DNA of 63,158 bases, the filler included, from Octopus bimaculoides (lineage: Eukaryota): assembly GCF_001194135.2 (NCBI RefSeq). It is 9 parts of 7 records of this genome, joined end to end, with 100 filler letters (N's around TTAATTAATTAA, not from the genome) between each part and the next. Parts side by side here need not be neighbours in the genome. Positions count along the whole stretch, not along the records: positions 35,904 to 47,948 come from NC_068995.1; positions 48,049 to 59,045 come from NC_068981.1; 7 more parts are not named here. One strand, 5' to 3'. The notes below the pieces were generated by a model. That model saw only the letters and a program-made list of their open reading frames with translations. It searched no databases and was not told the DNA's origin. Of this stretch, positions 39,203 through 52,660 are shown in pieces. Position numbers and translations under genes: made by a program. Each line of letters starts with the position of its first letter. Positions within the stretch are counted from its first letter, which is position 1.

Positions 39203-39768
39203 TGTATCTAGCTATGTATATATGTATTCATGCATAAACAGAGAGGGAGAGTCTCTTCGAAACTGAACGATGTTGACGATATGCACGTATGGATATATCA
39301 TGTATATAGTTCTATATACATGATATATATATATATATATTCTTAAAAATTTGCGTTTCCAGCTAAGAATTCATCGTCGTGATGCGCACGGCTGACACAG
39401 ACATTATTCTAAGTTTTAAAAAATCATATGTAAAAGAAAAGAAACCTCGATGTTTCCTTTTTCGAAATTGTAGATCTTTGCCCCGAACAGAGTAAGTCCA
39501 ACCTGGGGCAAATAATACAAGTCCTAACCCTGTAATCCCTGTCATTCAAAATGACATAAAGACACACATATACAAATAAACACACGGTTATACATACATT
39601 CCTACCCTGTCTTCCCCATTTACCCTTTCATCCGATTTTTTTCTGAAACCTTAGTGCGAATCAGTGTTTCGACACGACTCTCAACCAATCACCTATCCCC
39701 GCTCACTTGCCATCATAACGCCAATCAGCTCATAACGAAAGTAACAATATTAAACGGCGTGACCGCCA

Positions 39769-39846
<78 letters not shown>

Positions 39847-40737
39847 CCTATTTCTGTGTATGTATGCATGTTTCTATCGATGTATATTCATACATATTAC
39901 ATATATATATATATATATATATACATTCTCTGACATTATATAAAAACAGAATTGTTTGTATAAACGAATGCATATACATGAAAATAGATATACATTAGGC
40001 ATAAATACATACATATAAACATACATGTATATATATGTGTATATACACAGATATATAGATCGGAAGAGCNNNNNNNNNNNNNNNNNNNNNNNNNNNNNNN
40101 NNNNNNNNNNNNNNNNNNNNNNNNNNNNNNNNNNNNNNNNNNNNNNNNNNNNNNNNNNNNNNNNNNNNNNNNNNNNNNNNNNNNNNNNNNNNNNNNNNNN
40201 NNNNNNNNNNNNNNNNNNNNNNNNNNNNNNNNNNNNNNNNNNNNNNNNNNNNNNNNNNNNNNNNTATATATATATATGTATATACATACGCATACATAAA
40301 TATATGTATGTATGTATGTGCACCACCAGTACCCTGGTCACCCCAAATAATAACAGACATACTAACAAACATAATGATCACAAAACACCAACAACAATGA
40401 AAATATGTGAATAAATAAAACAGTGCCGCGTTAATAATTAAATTAGCATATTAAACAGAATTCCTGACAGTTCGTCTTCAGATTCTAAAGAGAGATAAGT
40501 TTAATCTGTTGAGATTAAGTATTACCGTGCTTACAATGTAAACATATATTTTCGCGAGCGCACATGTACACAAAGACTCACAGGCACATATATACAATAT
40601 ATACATTCATATTCATACATACATATGTTTATACATACATACTTATACATACACACGCATACGCACACGTTTCTATACATACTCATATATGAAAATGTGA
40701 ATATAAGCAAATACGTATTTATGTACACATGTATGTA

Positions 40738-40794
<57 letters not shown>

Positions 40795-41094
40795 NNNNNN
40801 NNNNNNNNNNNNNNNNNNNNNNNCAATGTATACACGCAGATATTTATGTATGTATGTGTGTATGTATGTATGTATGTATGTATGTATGTATGTATGCATG
40901 TATGTATGTATGTATAAATATAAGATAGCCCTCAGCGCACAATTTCCGTAGAGGTCAGTAATAGTTTTCTCCGATAAAGAATGAACGTCCATCATCATCA
41001 TGTATACATATATATTTGAGAGTCGTTTTTTTCTGATTTGAAATGTGACTGTCTAACACCATTCTTTTTGTTCTTATTATTATCTCCATATGTA

Positions 41095-41300
41095 AAAGCT
41101 GTGAGCTGGCAGAACCGTTAGCACGCCGGGCGAAATGCTTAGCGATATTTCGTCTGCTGTTATGTTCTAAGTTCAAATTCCGCCGTGGTCGACTTTGCCT
41201 TTCATCCGAATAATCGAGTGCCAATGAAAACACTGGGCACAATGTAATCCACTAGTCACCTCACCACCAATTTCTGGCCTCGTAGTTTTTGTAGGAAAGG
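41095..41300 (+). mobile_element. Nin/Deu-domain-like SINE
   Basis: gagctggcagaaccgttagcacgccgggcgaaatgcttagcg...gttcaaattccgccgtggtcgactttgcctttcatcc. Confidence 0.85.
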
Positions 41301-41570
41301 TTATCTTCATATATATTTCAATATGAGGTGGGTAAAAGTTGCTATTTTTCGCATATGACAAATATGCAAGGGTCAGTGCTGGTCTTCTATAAAACAACCT
41401 TACACGGACTTATTCCTCGGAGGGTAACTTTCTAGGTGCAATCACCTAGGAAGTTACTCATGACCGAAAGGGTGCTGTACCCCATCTAAGAAGGAAAAGA
41501 AAGAAATATCTGTTAACATATGATGAATGCGACGCATTATTTTTATGATACTTTATTCTATCTGTCTCCG

Positions 41571-41610
<40 letters not shown>

Positions 41611-42546
41611 CTATCACGATGCTGTATAGTAATCTGTCCTTTAATTTACCGATTCTGCCAACGCTATACACGTAACTTATAATGATAATGATAATAAATA
41701 TATGAAGAATATACGGGGGAGTGTGGGGAAGGGTGATAAACAAGAGGAAAGAAACAATGCTTTTCACCGCAATCGTCTTCTTCTCTGCTTTGCGCCAAAT
41801 TCTTTACCTCAACTTTAATATNNNNNNNNNNNNNNNNNNNNNNNNNNNNNNNNNNNNNNNNNNNNNNNNNNNNNNNNNNNNNNNNNNNNNNNNNNNNNNN
41901 NNNNNNNNNNNNNNNNNNNNNNNNNNNNNNNNNNNNNNNNNNNNNNNNNNNNNNNNNNNNNNNNNNNNNNNNNNNNNNNNNNNNNNNNNNNNNNNNNNNN
42001 NNNNNNNNNNNNNNNNNNNNNNNNNNNNNNNNNNNNNNNNNNNNNNNNNNNNNNNNNNNNNNNNNNNNNNNNNNTTCAATGTCGGCTATTAGCAAACCGT
42101 TTGACTTCATTTATATCGCCATTTTGTCTCTTTTGTGTGTGATGATTTTTTTGTTTCATTATTATTTCTTTTCATTTTTACTTGAAGTGTTCGTTTTATT
42201 TCTTCCAGCTTATGAAAGGTTCGCCTTCAAACAACGGCAGAAAGATTGGCACTGTGGCTGCTATAATTTGCTTATTGCGCTTCGAATTTTCTCGCCACAT
42301 TCTCTATGATTAAAGACAAAGTTGTTTGATTAAACAGCATAAGAGTGCAAGAAAGACAGGATGCAGCGAAAGAAGCGGCGGCGGTCTCTTCAAGGGAAGC
42401 TGATTAAGACCGTTGTACGTACGGTGTACTCTGAGCCAGTGTCGGCTTGATTGCTTTTAGCGCGATATTGTGTAGTCAATAGCACTGGTAGTTTGAAATA
42501 GGCAGAGAGAAGAAACACGGAGAATGAAGGAGGTGCGAAGGTAAAA

Positions 42547-42625
<79 letters not shown>

Positions 42626-42639
42626 AATACTAATAATAA

Positions 42640-42670
<31 letters not shown>

Positions 42671-43113
42671 AACGATAATAATAATAATAATAAAAATAAG
42701 AATAATGAAAATAATAATAATAATAATGATAATAATAATACGAGAACAGAAAGAGAAGGTAGGGTATATTATTTCCAATTTATATGTATTTAGAGTAGTT
42801 ACGTTTATTTGATTTATTCCTNNNNNNNNNNNNNNNNNNNNNNTATATGAATATTTATGTACATCTCCATACGTATACACACACACGCATTGATTGGTAG
42901 ACAGATAGATAGACAGACAGACAGATAGATAGACAGACAGACAGACAGATAGATAGAAATGTACATGTAATTGCTAGCACACAGACAATAGTCGTTAACG
43001 ATTCGAAAGTGGTGCATACTTACCTTTCCAAGTACGTCACTATTATTTTTACTGACACTGGACATTATCTCTTTCTCTCTTTCTCTCTTTCTCTCTCTTT
43101 CTCTCTCTCTCTC

Positions 43114-43145
<32 letters not shown>

Positions 43146-43311
43146 ACTCTCTCTCTCTCTCTCTCTTTCCTCTTTCCCTCTCTCACTCTTTCTGTATATG
43201 TATATATATATTCTTTTATTTTTTTATTTGTTTCAGTCATTTGACTACGGCCATGCTGGCTGTCTATCCCCGCTTCCGCAAATTTCAGGCCTTGTGCGTA
43301 TAGTAGAAAGG

Positions 43312-44109
<798 letters not shown>

Positions 44110-44110
<1 letters not shown>

Positions 44111-44310
44111 TCTTAACGTAGTTCTCAGGGATATCCAGCGTGACACAGAATGTAACAATTACAGATAAAACACATTTTATATCCTCTGAGTGCCTCGGAG
44201 CAACGTGAAATAAAAATGCTCAACTCAAGGACACAACATGCCGCCGTCGGAAAAAATCGAACACACGACCTTACAATCGTGGGCGGAATATCCTAATCAT
44301 CAAGCTGCAA
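44110..44310 (-). mobile_element. SINE fragment (ttaacgtagttctc...cagcgtgacacag family)
   Basis: Shares ttaacgtagttctc.ggga.at.cagcgtgacacag with 55170-55555. Confidence 0.6.
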
Positions 44311-44859
44311 ATCCATATAACCGTTCACTTGATACGAAGCAAACTTTTTTTATGGCTCTTCTTCAAAAACACTTTATCCGTCTCTCTTTTACGAACACTT
44401 TATCCGTCTCACAATTAATTGATTCTGGTTTAAGATAAATATAAGCATTCAATTTCGTTAATGCAACATGATAGCCAGAAAGACATTTCGTAACAAAGTC
44501 TGAGGCAGTGAACCCGGTATTATTTATTTAGTGCAATCTTTCAAGACAGACGCTACTCACTGCAACCATACTGCTTTCCTTCTTTATTTGTTCTTCTCTT
44601 GAAATTTACCGGATTAATGGATACCTGAGTGTTTTTTAGTCGGACTTAGATGTGTCGTTCTTCCTTATGTTTACGCATACATGTATACATATTCTAACAC
44701 ACACAGACACATGTACAAGCATGCACGCACTTCTACGTACATACATACATACATACTGACATACATAATATAGACATACATACATACACACACGCACAGA
44801 TATACGGCTATACATATGTAGATAAAGAAGTTTGCTTCCAAATACCGTCAAATTTCGTG

Positions 44860-45020
44860 CTCACAACCATAGACGCACAGTTCGTCATTTAGTAAGACAG
44901 CTTTGAAACAACTTTTCGCCTTTCTGGATACGATCAAGGAGATCTTGCTCAGATGAAACCCGATCTTCTTTTTGAGACGACCACGCTCCACATATTTTGC
45001 AACCAAGCACTGTTATAAAC
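44860..45020 (-). mobile_element. Small mariner transposase remnant
   Basis: QKEDRVSSEQDLLDRIQKGEKLFQSCLT/NDELCVYGCEHE resembles the region around the first catalytic Asp (ITGDETWVYGYD). Confidence 0.5.
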
Positions 45021-45981
45021 AACAGAAGTGAGTAGAAACGTTATAATGTAATGTGCATGCGCGACAGATTTAATGGTCAAGCTGTACAGGGAGGCTTCAC
45101 TCTATGTATTTAGCTGCAGTGCCATAACAACAGTCTCGATATTGTTTGATCTGACCTCCGATACGTCCGTTTGTGTTCGTGTTTGTCTGTGTCTATGTAC
45201 CTGTGTGTATGTGTGTGTGCGTGTGTGTATATGTGGGTGGGTGTGTGTGTGTGTGTGGCAAAGAGATATACTTCAAATGCCAAGCAATGATATCGAACCC
45301 GAGACCTCAAAAATATGAAACAAGCTTCAGAAAGCACAGCCCGTCTCACACAAGAATGGAAATGTGTATATGCGTGCACAAAGCAGACCAACGCCATCTT
45401 CTACACAACAGCGCCATTGTAAGTAAACCAAGTTTGATACTGCAGACTAACAAGAGAGATCTCACCACCAGATCTGCAGAGATCTTTAGCACACGAAGAA
45501 TTATAATCACTCCAAATTCATAATCCCTACATGTGGAAAATTTCTTAGTCACGAACTTGCTTCGTTTCTATAATTCTTGCTAACAACAAAGGGAATCGAA
45601 CTGCACGCGATCACGTCTCCTTAACATGACGAATTATACTAAACCCTGACGATCGCAATTCACTGAAAGACGTCCACTTCACACTTGTCACTTTGCCTCA
45701 AATCCGATCGTAATCTATTTTCTTCCGCTATTTACATTGATTTGTCTCACCCAACCCGTCTTTATTCTCTCATTCTTAAATTTTCGCTTCCTGTATCTCG
45801 TATCTTACATAATCTTCATCTGTGTACCAGTATTTCTTCAAATTAACAGCCGCTATCGGACATCTCTGAAACATGTTACAAGCAGACATATAATTCTTAT
45901 ACACACTTGTATATCATAAATTTCGTCTGTTCAAAATAAACTTTCTCCTCGCTCTTAGCTTACACTTTCCGTTATACCACC

Positions 45982-46023
<42 letters not shown>

Positions 46024-46494
46024 ATATATATATATATATATGTATATATACGTATGTGTGTATGTGATACGCTCCCACGCACACACCCACGCACACGCAA
46101 CCTTCATCATACATAACGTATTGTATATCACATGCGCATTTCTCTATCATGTTAACAACACTCTTCTCCACTTTTTCTTTCCTTTTTTTTTTCCCATTGT
46201 TTCATTTATCTCTTCAGTTTCTTTCACTGTACCATGCCACCCTATTGAGACGTAGCTAATCCCTGGTTAATTCTCCATCTAATTCCACCCTGATTGACGT
46301 ACGCAATCAACGCTGCACAACAAAATAGTGAAACCTAGGAGGCGTAGGTAGCTTGTTCATGGTATCAAAAACGTGAATAAGAAGCAGGAGTCGGGGGGGG
46401 GGAAATAAACGGAGGAGGATCTGGACGACGAAGGATGAGGTGGAAAGTGTAATGTAAAATGAATACGGGGAAGGGCTTCACGTTGACGATGGCA

Positions 46495-47242
46495 TTGGTG
46501 GTGGTGGTGGTGGTGGTGGTGATGATGATGATGATGATGATAACGATGATGATGATAATGATGATGATGGTGGACGATGATGATNNNNNNNNNNNNNNNN
46601 NNNNNNNNNNNNNNNNNNNNNNNNNNNNNNNNNNNNNNNNNNNNNNNNNNNNNNNNNNNNNNNNNNNNNNNNNNNNNNNNNNNNNNNNNNNNNNNNNNNN
46701 NNNNNNNNNNNNNNNNNNNNNNNNNNNNNNNNNNNNNNNNNNNNNNNNNNNNNNNNNNNNNNNNNNNNNNNNNNNNNNNNNNNNNNNNNNNNNNNNNNNN
46801 NNNNNNNNNNNNNNNNNNNNNNNNNNNNNNNNNNNNNNNNNNNNNNNNNNNNNNNNNNNNNNNNNNNNNNNNNNNNNNNNNNNNNNNNNNNNNNNNNNNN
46901 NNNNNNNNNNNNNNNNNNNNNNNNNNNNNNNNNNNNNNNNNNNNNNNNNNNNNNNNNNNNNNNNNNNNNNNNNNNNNNNNNNNNNNNNNNNNNNNNNNNN
47001 NNNNNNNNNNNNNNNNNNNNNNNNNNNNNNNNNNNNNNNNNNNNNNNNNNNNNNNNNNNNNNNNNNNNNNNNNNNNNNNNNNNNNNNNNNNNNNNNNNNN
47101 NNNNNNNNNNNNNNNNNNNNNNNNNNNNNNNNNNNNNNNNNNNNNNNNNNNNNNNNNNNNNNNNNNNNNNNNNNNNNNNNNNNNNNNNNNNNNNNNNNNN
47201 NNNNNATGATGATGATGATGACGATGATGATGACGATGATGA

Positions 47243-47273
<31 letters not shown>

Positions 47274-47478
47274 GATGATGATGGTGGTGGTGCTGCTGCT
47301 GGTGGTGTCTATGACAATAATGTCGATGACAACGATTCTGAAAATGTCAGCGACGAAGATAAAGTTGAAGACGATAACGATGACGGCGGGGAGGCCAGCG
47401 ACAGCAGCGATGCAGGTGATTCGGTCGATCAGAAATGATGGAGACAAACGATGAAGCCGAGTAGTAGTAGTAGTAGTG

Positions 47479-47540
<62 letters not shown>

Positions 47541-47560
47541 AGTGATGGTAGTAGTAGTAT

Positions 47561-47604
<44 letters not shown>

Positions 47605-47640
47605 NNNNNNNNNNGGTGGTAGTGATGGTAGTAGTAGTAT

Positions 47641-47688
<48 letters not shown>

Positions 47689-47690
47689 TG

Positions 47691-47730
<40 letters not shown>

Positions 47731-47950
47731 TAGTAGTAGTAGTAGTAGTAGTAGTATTGGAGTTGGTGGTGTTTGTGGTGGAGAGGATGATTGCGATGCT
47801 GGTAGTGGTGGTTGTGATGGTCATGGTGGTGGTGGTGGTGCTGGTTGTGACGGGCTTGATGTGGTGGTGGTGATGGTGGTGGTGTTGGTGGTGGTCCTGA
47901 CGAGGGTGGTGATTGTGATGGTGGTGATAAATGTGGTGGTAGTGGTGGNN
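46495..47950. repeat. (GAT)n/(GGT)n/(AGT)n compound microsatellites with gaps
   Basis: Directly visible. Confidence 0.95.
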
Positions 47951-48339
47951 NNNNNNNNNNNNNNNNNNNNNNNNNNNNNNNNNNNNNNNNNNTTAATTAA
48001 TTAANNNNNNNNNNNNNNNNNNNNNNNNNNNNNNNNNNNNNNNNNNNNTATATTATATACACATATATGTATACATATATATATGCATATATATACATAT
48101 ATATACACATATATATATACATATATATATATACATATGTATATATACACATATATATAAACATATATATATGCATATATATGTATATACATATATGTAC
48201 AGATATACGTATTCATACATATACATACATGTACCTATATACATATACACATATATATACATATATATCTACACATATACATATATACATACATGATAAT
48301 TGTCACTTCTTTACAGAAGAAATCCATCTCTTCAATTAA

Positions 48340-49320
48340 TAAATACTGTCATGACATCTTATATGACTAGCAAGTCCTGCTCTTGACAAACAAACTCTAC
48401 TGCAGATATTACATATATTTTTAAGCAGAAAAGTATCTGGGATTGTAGTTAAGTATTGTCTATGAAGTGTTCGTTTTAAGATAGATTGTTCAATTCTTCG
48501 AGCTTCACATACGTCTTTTGTAGATCATTTGTTTCCAAACCGATCGATCTTGCGTCATCTGCTCCCAGTCTTCAACTTTCACATTAAGAGCCATAAGGTT
48601 GCTTTTAACAGCATCCCTAAAACGTTTCTTGGGTTTATGTCTCGGACGTTTGTCACGCTGCAACTCCCCGTAAAACAACTGCTTTGGCAACCTGTCATCC
48701 TGCATCCTAGCAAGGTGCTCAACCCAACGCATCTGATTGCATTAAAGACTTCCATTTGATGTCTAGTATCCTCCTTAGGCAAGTCTGATGGAATCTTTCT
48801 AAAGCTTTGATGTGGCGCCGATATGTTGTCCAGGTCTCTTAAGAGTACAGGAGGGCAGTTAAAATGCAAGATTCATAGATACTAAACTTGGTTTTGAAGG
48901 TGATACCTCTATCAGACCACACACGATTTTTAAGCCTTCCAAAGGCTTTGCTGGCTTTTTCAATTCTCAGGTTTATTTCAGAATCAAGGGATCCATCTCT
49001 AGAGAGAGTGCTGCTAAGGTAGATGAACGAGTCAACCACATCTAATCTTGTACCCTGGACAAAGATGTTAGGTTCCACATACGGTTGGCTTGGTGGCTGA
49101 GGGAACATGATCTTTGTTTTCTTTCGACTGATGGTCAGTCCAGAAGCAATACAAGCTCTAGAGAAGCGGTCCAATACAGCCTGCATGTCCGCCTCGCTGT
49201 GAGCAGCGAGAACTATATCATCAGCATAAAGGAGCTCTCGAACAAGGGCCTGGAATGTCTTCGATGTTGCATTAAAGCGTTTAACATCAAATACTTTACC
49301 TGTGGTTCTGAAACGAATAC
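48340..49320 (-). mobile_element. RTE/BovB-like LINE 3' half (RT, C-terminal domain, C2H2 finger)
   Basis: IRFRTTGKVFDVKRF...VRELLYADDIVLAAHSEADMQ...YLSSTLSRDGSLDSEINLRIEKASKAFGRL...RWVEHLARMQDDRLPKQLFYGEL...CNICSRVCLSRAGLASHIRCH. Confidence 0.92.
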
Positions 49321-49413
49321 AGAGGGGGAGAATTCACAAAAAAATAAAAGATGAAGATAGGTTTCGTAGACAAAAAACAGATGTATTAGTTTAACGCTTG
49401 GGAAGTGAAAAAG

Positions 49414-49451
49414 TCTTTAACGTTTCGAGCCTACGCTCTTCCACAGAAAGA
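49414..49451 (-). ncRNA. Minimal type I hammerhead-like fold with a CUGUGGA core variant
   Basis: Minus strand: tcttt-CTGTGGA-a-gagc-gtag-gctc-GAAA-CG-TT-aaaga; stem I 5 bp and stem II 4 bp are both perfect. Confidence 0.7.
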
Positions 49452-49554
49452 AACAAGGAGAGAAAATAAAGAATGTGTAGTGACTAGCGATCTATCATGG
49501 CGAATGCCGGACATAAGGGTCGCACAGGAGAGATAGGAAGAAGGGAAGATATAG

Positions 49555-49810
49555 ACAACAGGCTAGATTTCAATGCCCACAACTTTTTAATATTCTCCCA
49601 AAGAGCCTGAGGGACTTACACAAAGTGGATATAGGTGTTTTCAAAACAAAACTGGATCGCGGCAGGAGGTGCAAACGAGGGAAACGACATCAAACTCCCT
49701 TACTGACCGAATGCCACATATCAGAGGAGGGTCTCAATAATAACAGTGTAGCAAAACGGCAGTGCCCCAGCATGGCAGTAGCTTTGAGCTGAAACCGATA
49801 AAAAATAAAA
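49555..49810 (+). mobile_element. CR1-group LINE 3' end with the SINE-shared tail
   Basis: PQLFNILPKSLRDLHKVDIGVFKTKLD, then ggcagtgccccagcatggcagtagctttgagctgaaac. Confidence 0.75.
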
Positions 49811-49816
49811 GGAAAG

Positions 49817-49850
<34 letters not shown>

Positions 49851-50504
49851 ATTATGGATGTATGTATAACATAGTGACCTGTTGTTGAGACGCACATTTC
49901 TTTCGTCCTGAATATCCTGAAAGTTTCGAAGAAATTGAGAATAATTTCGTTCTAATCGATTCCAAGCCGACTCTGACGCCTTAGTACTTATTATAAATCC
50001 AATACTGATCGAATCCACACCAGAATCTCCGTGGAAACCGGTCTTGTTGTTACATTTAAATGCTTCGAAAAAAACACGTGTTGACGATCGATCGAAAAAT
50101 CTAGAGTCAATAATTTAAGTTCTCAAATTTCAGTCTCATGGTGACATATTTCGTTTTCTTCAACATTATACAGGATCACACGTATGTATTGCAATTTTTG
50201 TTTTATTTTGCCATTGAATATTATCTGAAGCTGAAATTTTTTTGAGGTAAATTTTTTGACAGTGTTTGCATTTATCGGAATTCCACGCAACGATGAATGT
50301 GTAACTGTTTTCTTCTCGGATAGCTTCTCTTTTCATGGTAAACAAGCAGGCATTAGATATATACTTTGCAGGTTTTCAGGCAAAGTATACATACGTCCCC
50401 GTATTTATTTATTGATTTTCAGGTGAATGTACTCTGAAACAAATAAACAACTCGAAACTAAGCGCCCATCAAGTTTCAGACAAATAGTATTTAATCAATT
50501 ACAA

Positions 50505-50605
50505 TGCGACGGACCGGCGTCCCGACCAGGTGGGAAACCTATACGTCAATGAAACGGGGAATCCGGTCCTTATGAGCCAGGCATGGCTCGAAAAGCAACA
50601 AACAA
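50505..50605 (+). mobile_element. SINE 3' fragment
   Basis: gtgggaaacctatacgtcaatgaaacgggga...cttatgagccaggcatggctcgaaa; homologous to 62770-62860. Confidence 0.65.
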
Positions 50606-50734
50606 CTACACACAAGTCTCACGATTATCAAGTGAGATGGTAATTGACTTGTAAATGTGGGATAGCGCGCCACTACAAACTAATTGATAACACAGTCTTC
50701 AATCTCTTTCTTTTGGGTTAAGAACGTCTCCCCT

Positions 50735-50794
<60 letters not shown>

Positions 50795-51199
50795 ATCCAC
50801 TCGTACACCTCTCCTTTCCCGTACATACCGATTTATTTGTTTCTTGTTTGTATTTTCTCTCTCTCTTCGCTCGCTATATCTCTCTTTTACTCTCGCGGTA
50901 CATACATACATACATACACACATACATACATACATACATACATACATACATACATACATACATACATACATACATACGTGCGTGCGTGCGCAAAAATACT
51001 TATGGTTGAGGTAGTATGCTGGTGCAGTGATTACAAATACAGTGTACAAGTGTTGAATATGCCGGTGATTAAGGTAGTGATGGATATGCCTGCTGATGCA
51101 TGAGGTATTAAATGCCTTGAACGTGCAGGAGCAAAAGTGTGACATGCTGGCGCGTTGCAAGGGACAAACAACTTTCTCTGTGTATACGTGACTGATCTA

Positions 51200-52660
51200 G
51201 GGTCTTACAGGGATGAGTTGTGTCTACAAGGGCGCAGGGAGCATGAAAAATAAGCGAGAAAGGCATGTGTGGTGCATGTATGCTTACCCCCTCTTCCAGA
51301 ACCGCCACAGCCTTTCAGATTACTTCTTTCGGGGCTAACGTTGTCACAGACAGTGGTTGGATGCCTACTTTCAAGGTACAGGGACAAGTGTACCATCTTA
51401 ATGGGTCGCTCCAGCCACTACAAAATTGCAAGCCTTCCTTCCTCCAAATTTACTTCATTTCCAACTATAGTATGCAACTTGATGTGCGGTTCGGCGTTAT
51501 TCCACCACCTGCAAACACTGACGCTGACGCTTTTGACAGGGACGTTCTACTCAGTCTGCAAAACATGCTTCATGAGCACAACAGCTATATTTGCAGTTTC
51601 AAATGCGCCTTGTAAACAGCCCCTTCACCAAACTTTAGCATTGTCACCGATGCTGACAAAAGACCTTCTGGGATGCACGCACGCCGTTATAACGCTCCTT
51701 CGTGCAATGAAGTGGCTCTACTTCTCCATGGTGAACAACACAATAAGCGAGACACACTTATTCATAGCTGTGACAGTCGTCTTCAACTAGAGCTGATACA
51801 GTANNNNNNNNNNNNNNNNNNNNNNNNNNNNNNNNNNNNNNNNNNNNNNNNNNNNNNNNNNNNNNNNNNNNNNNNNNNNNNNNNNNNNNNNNNNNNNNNN
51901 NNNNNNNNNNNNNNNNNNNNNNNNNNNNNNNNNNNNNNNNNNNNNNNNNNNNNNNNNNNNNNNNNNNNNNNNNNNNNNNNNNNNNNNNNNNNNNNNNNNN
52001 NNNNNNNNNNNNNNNNNNNNNNNNNNNNNNNNNNNNNNNNNNNNNNNNNNNNNNNNNNNNNNNNNNNNNNNNNNNNNNNNNNNNNNNNNNNNNNNNNNNN
52101 NNNNNNNNNNNNNNNNNNNNNNNNNNNNNNNNNNNNNNNNNNNNNNNNNNNNNNNNNNNNNNNNNNNNNNNNNNNNNNNNNNNNNNNNNNNNNNNNNNNN
52201 NNNNNNNNNNNNNNNNNNNNNNNNNNNNNNNNNNNNNNNNNNNNNNNNNNNNNNNNNNNNNNNNNNNNNNNNNNNNNNNNNNNNNNNNNNNNNNNNNNNN
52301 NNNNNNNNNNNNNNNNNNNNNNNNNNNNNNNNNNNNNNNNNNNNNNNNNNNNNNNNNNNNNNNNNNNNNNNNNNNNNNNNNNNNNNNNNNNNNNNNNNNN
52401 NNNNNNNNNNNNNNNNNNNNNNNNNNNNNNNNNNNNNNNNNNNNNNNNNNNNNNNNNNNNNNNNNNNNNNNNNNNNNNNNNNNNNNNNNNNNNNNNNNNN
52501 NNNNNNNNNNNNNNNNNNNNNNNNNNNNNNNNNNACGCTGTCTGTCGCGGGAATACATTTGGGGGAGCCATGTTTCTCTCATGGTCAGCTTTACGTTGGC
52601 TGCTCGCGTGTGGACAGCAAGAGTGGAAAACAAAAAAACATTGTGTACAAGGAGGTTTTA
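51200..52660 (+). mobile_element. Helitron Rep/Helicase remnant spanning a gap
   Basis: Left of the gap: VCLPPLPEPPQP...AFQITSFGA...MPTFKVQGQVYH...FLQIYF...LQNMLHEHN...DADKRPSGMHARRYNAP..NEVA. Right of the gap: GIHLGEPCFSHGQLYVGCSRV...KTKNIVYKEVL*. Confidence 0.9.

Noticed and set aside
50001-50046. ctgatcga...gtgGAAACCGGTC motif
   Set aside because: There is an insertion in the core and stem I is poor; too degenerate to call.
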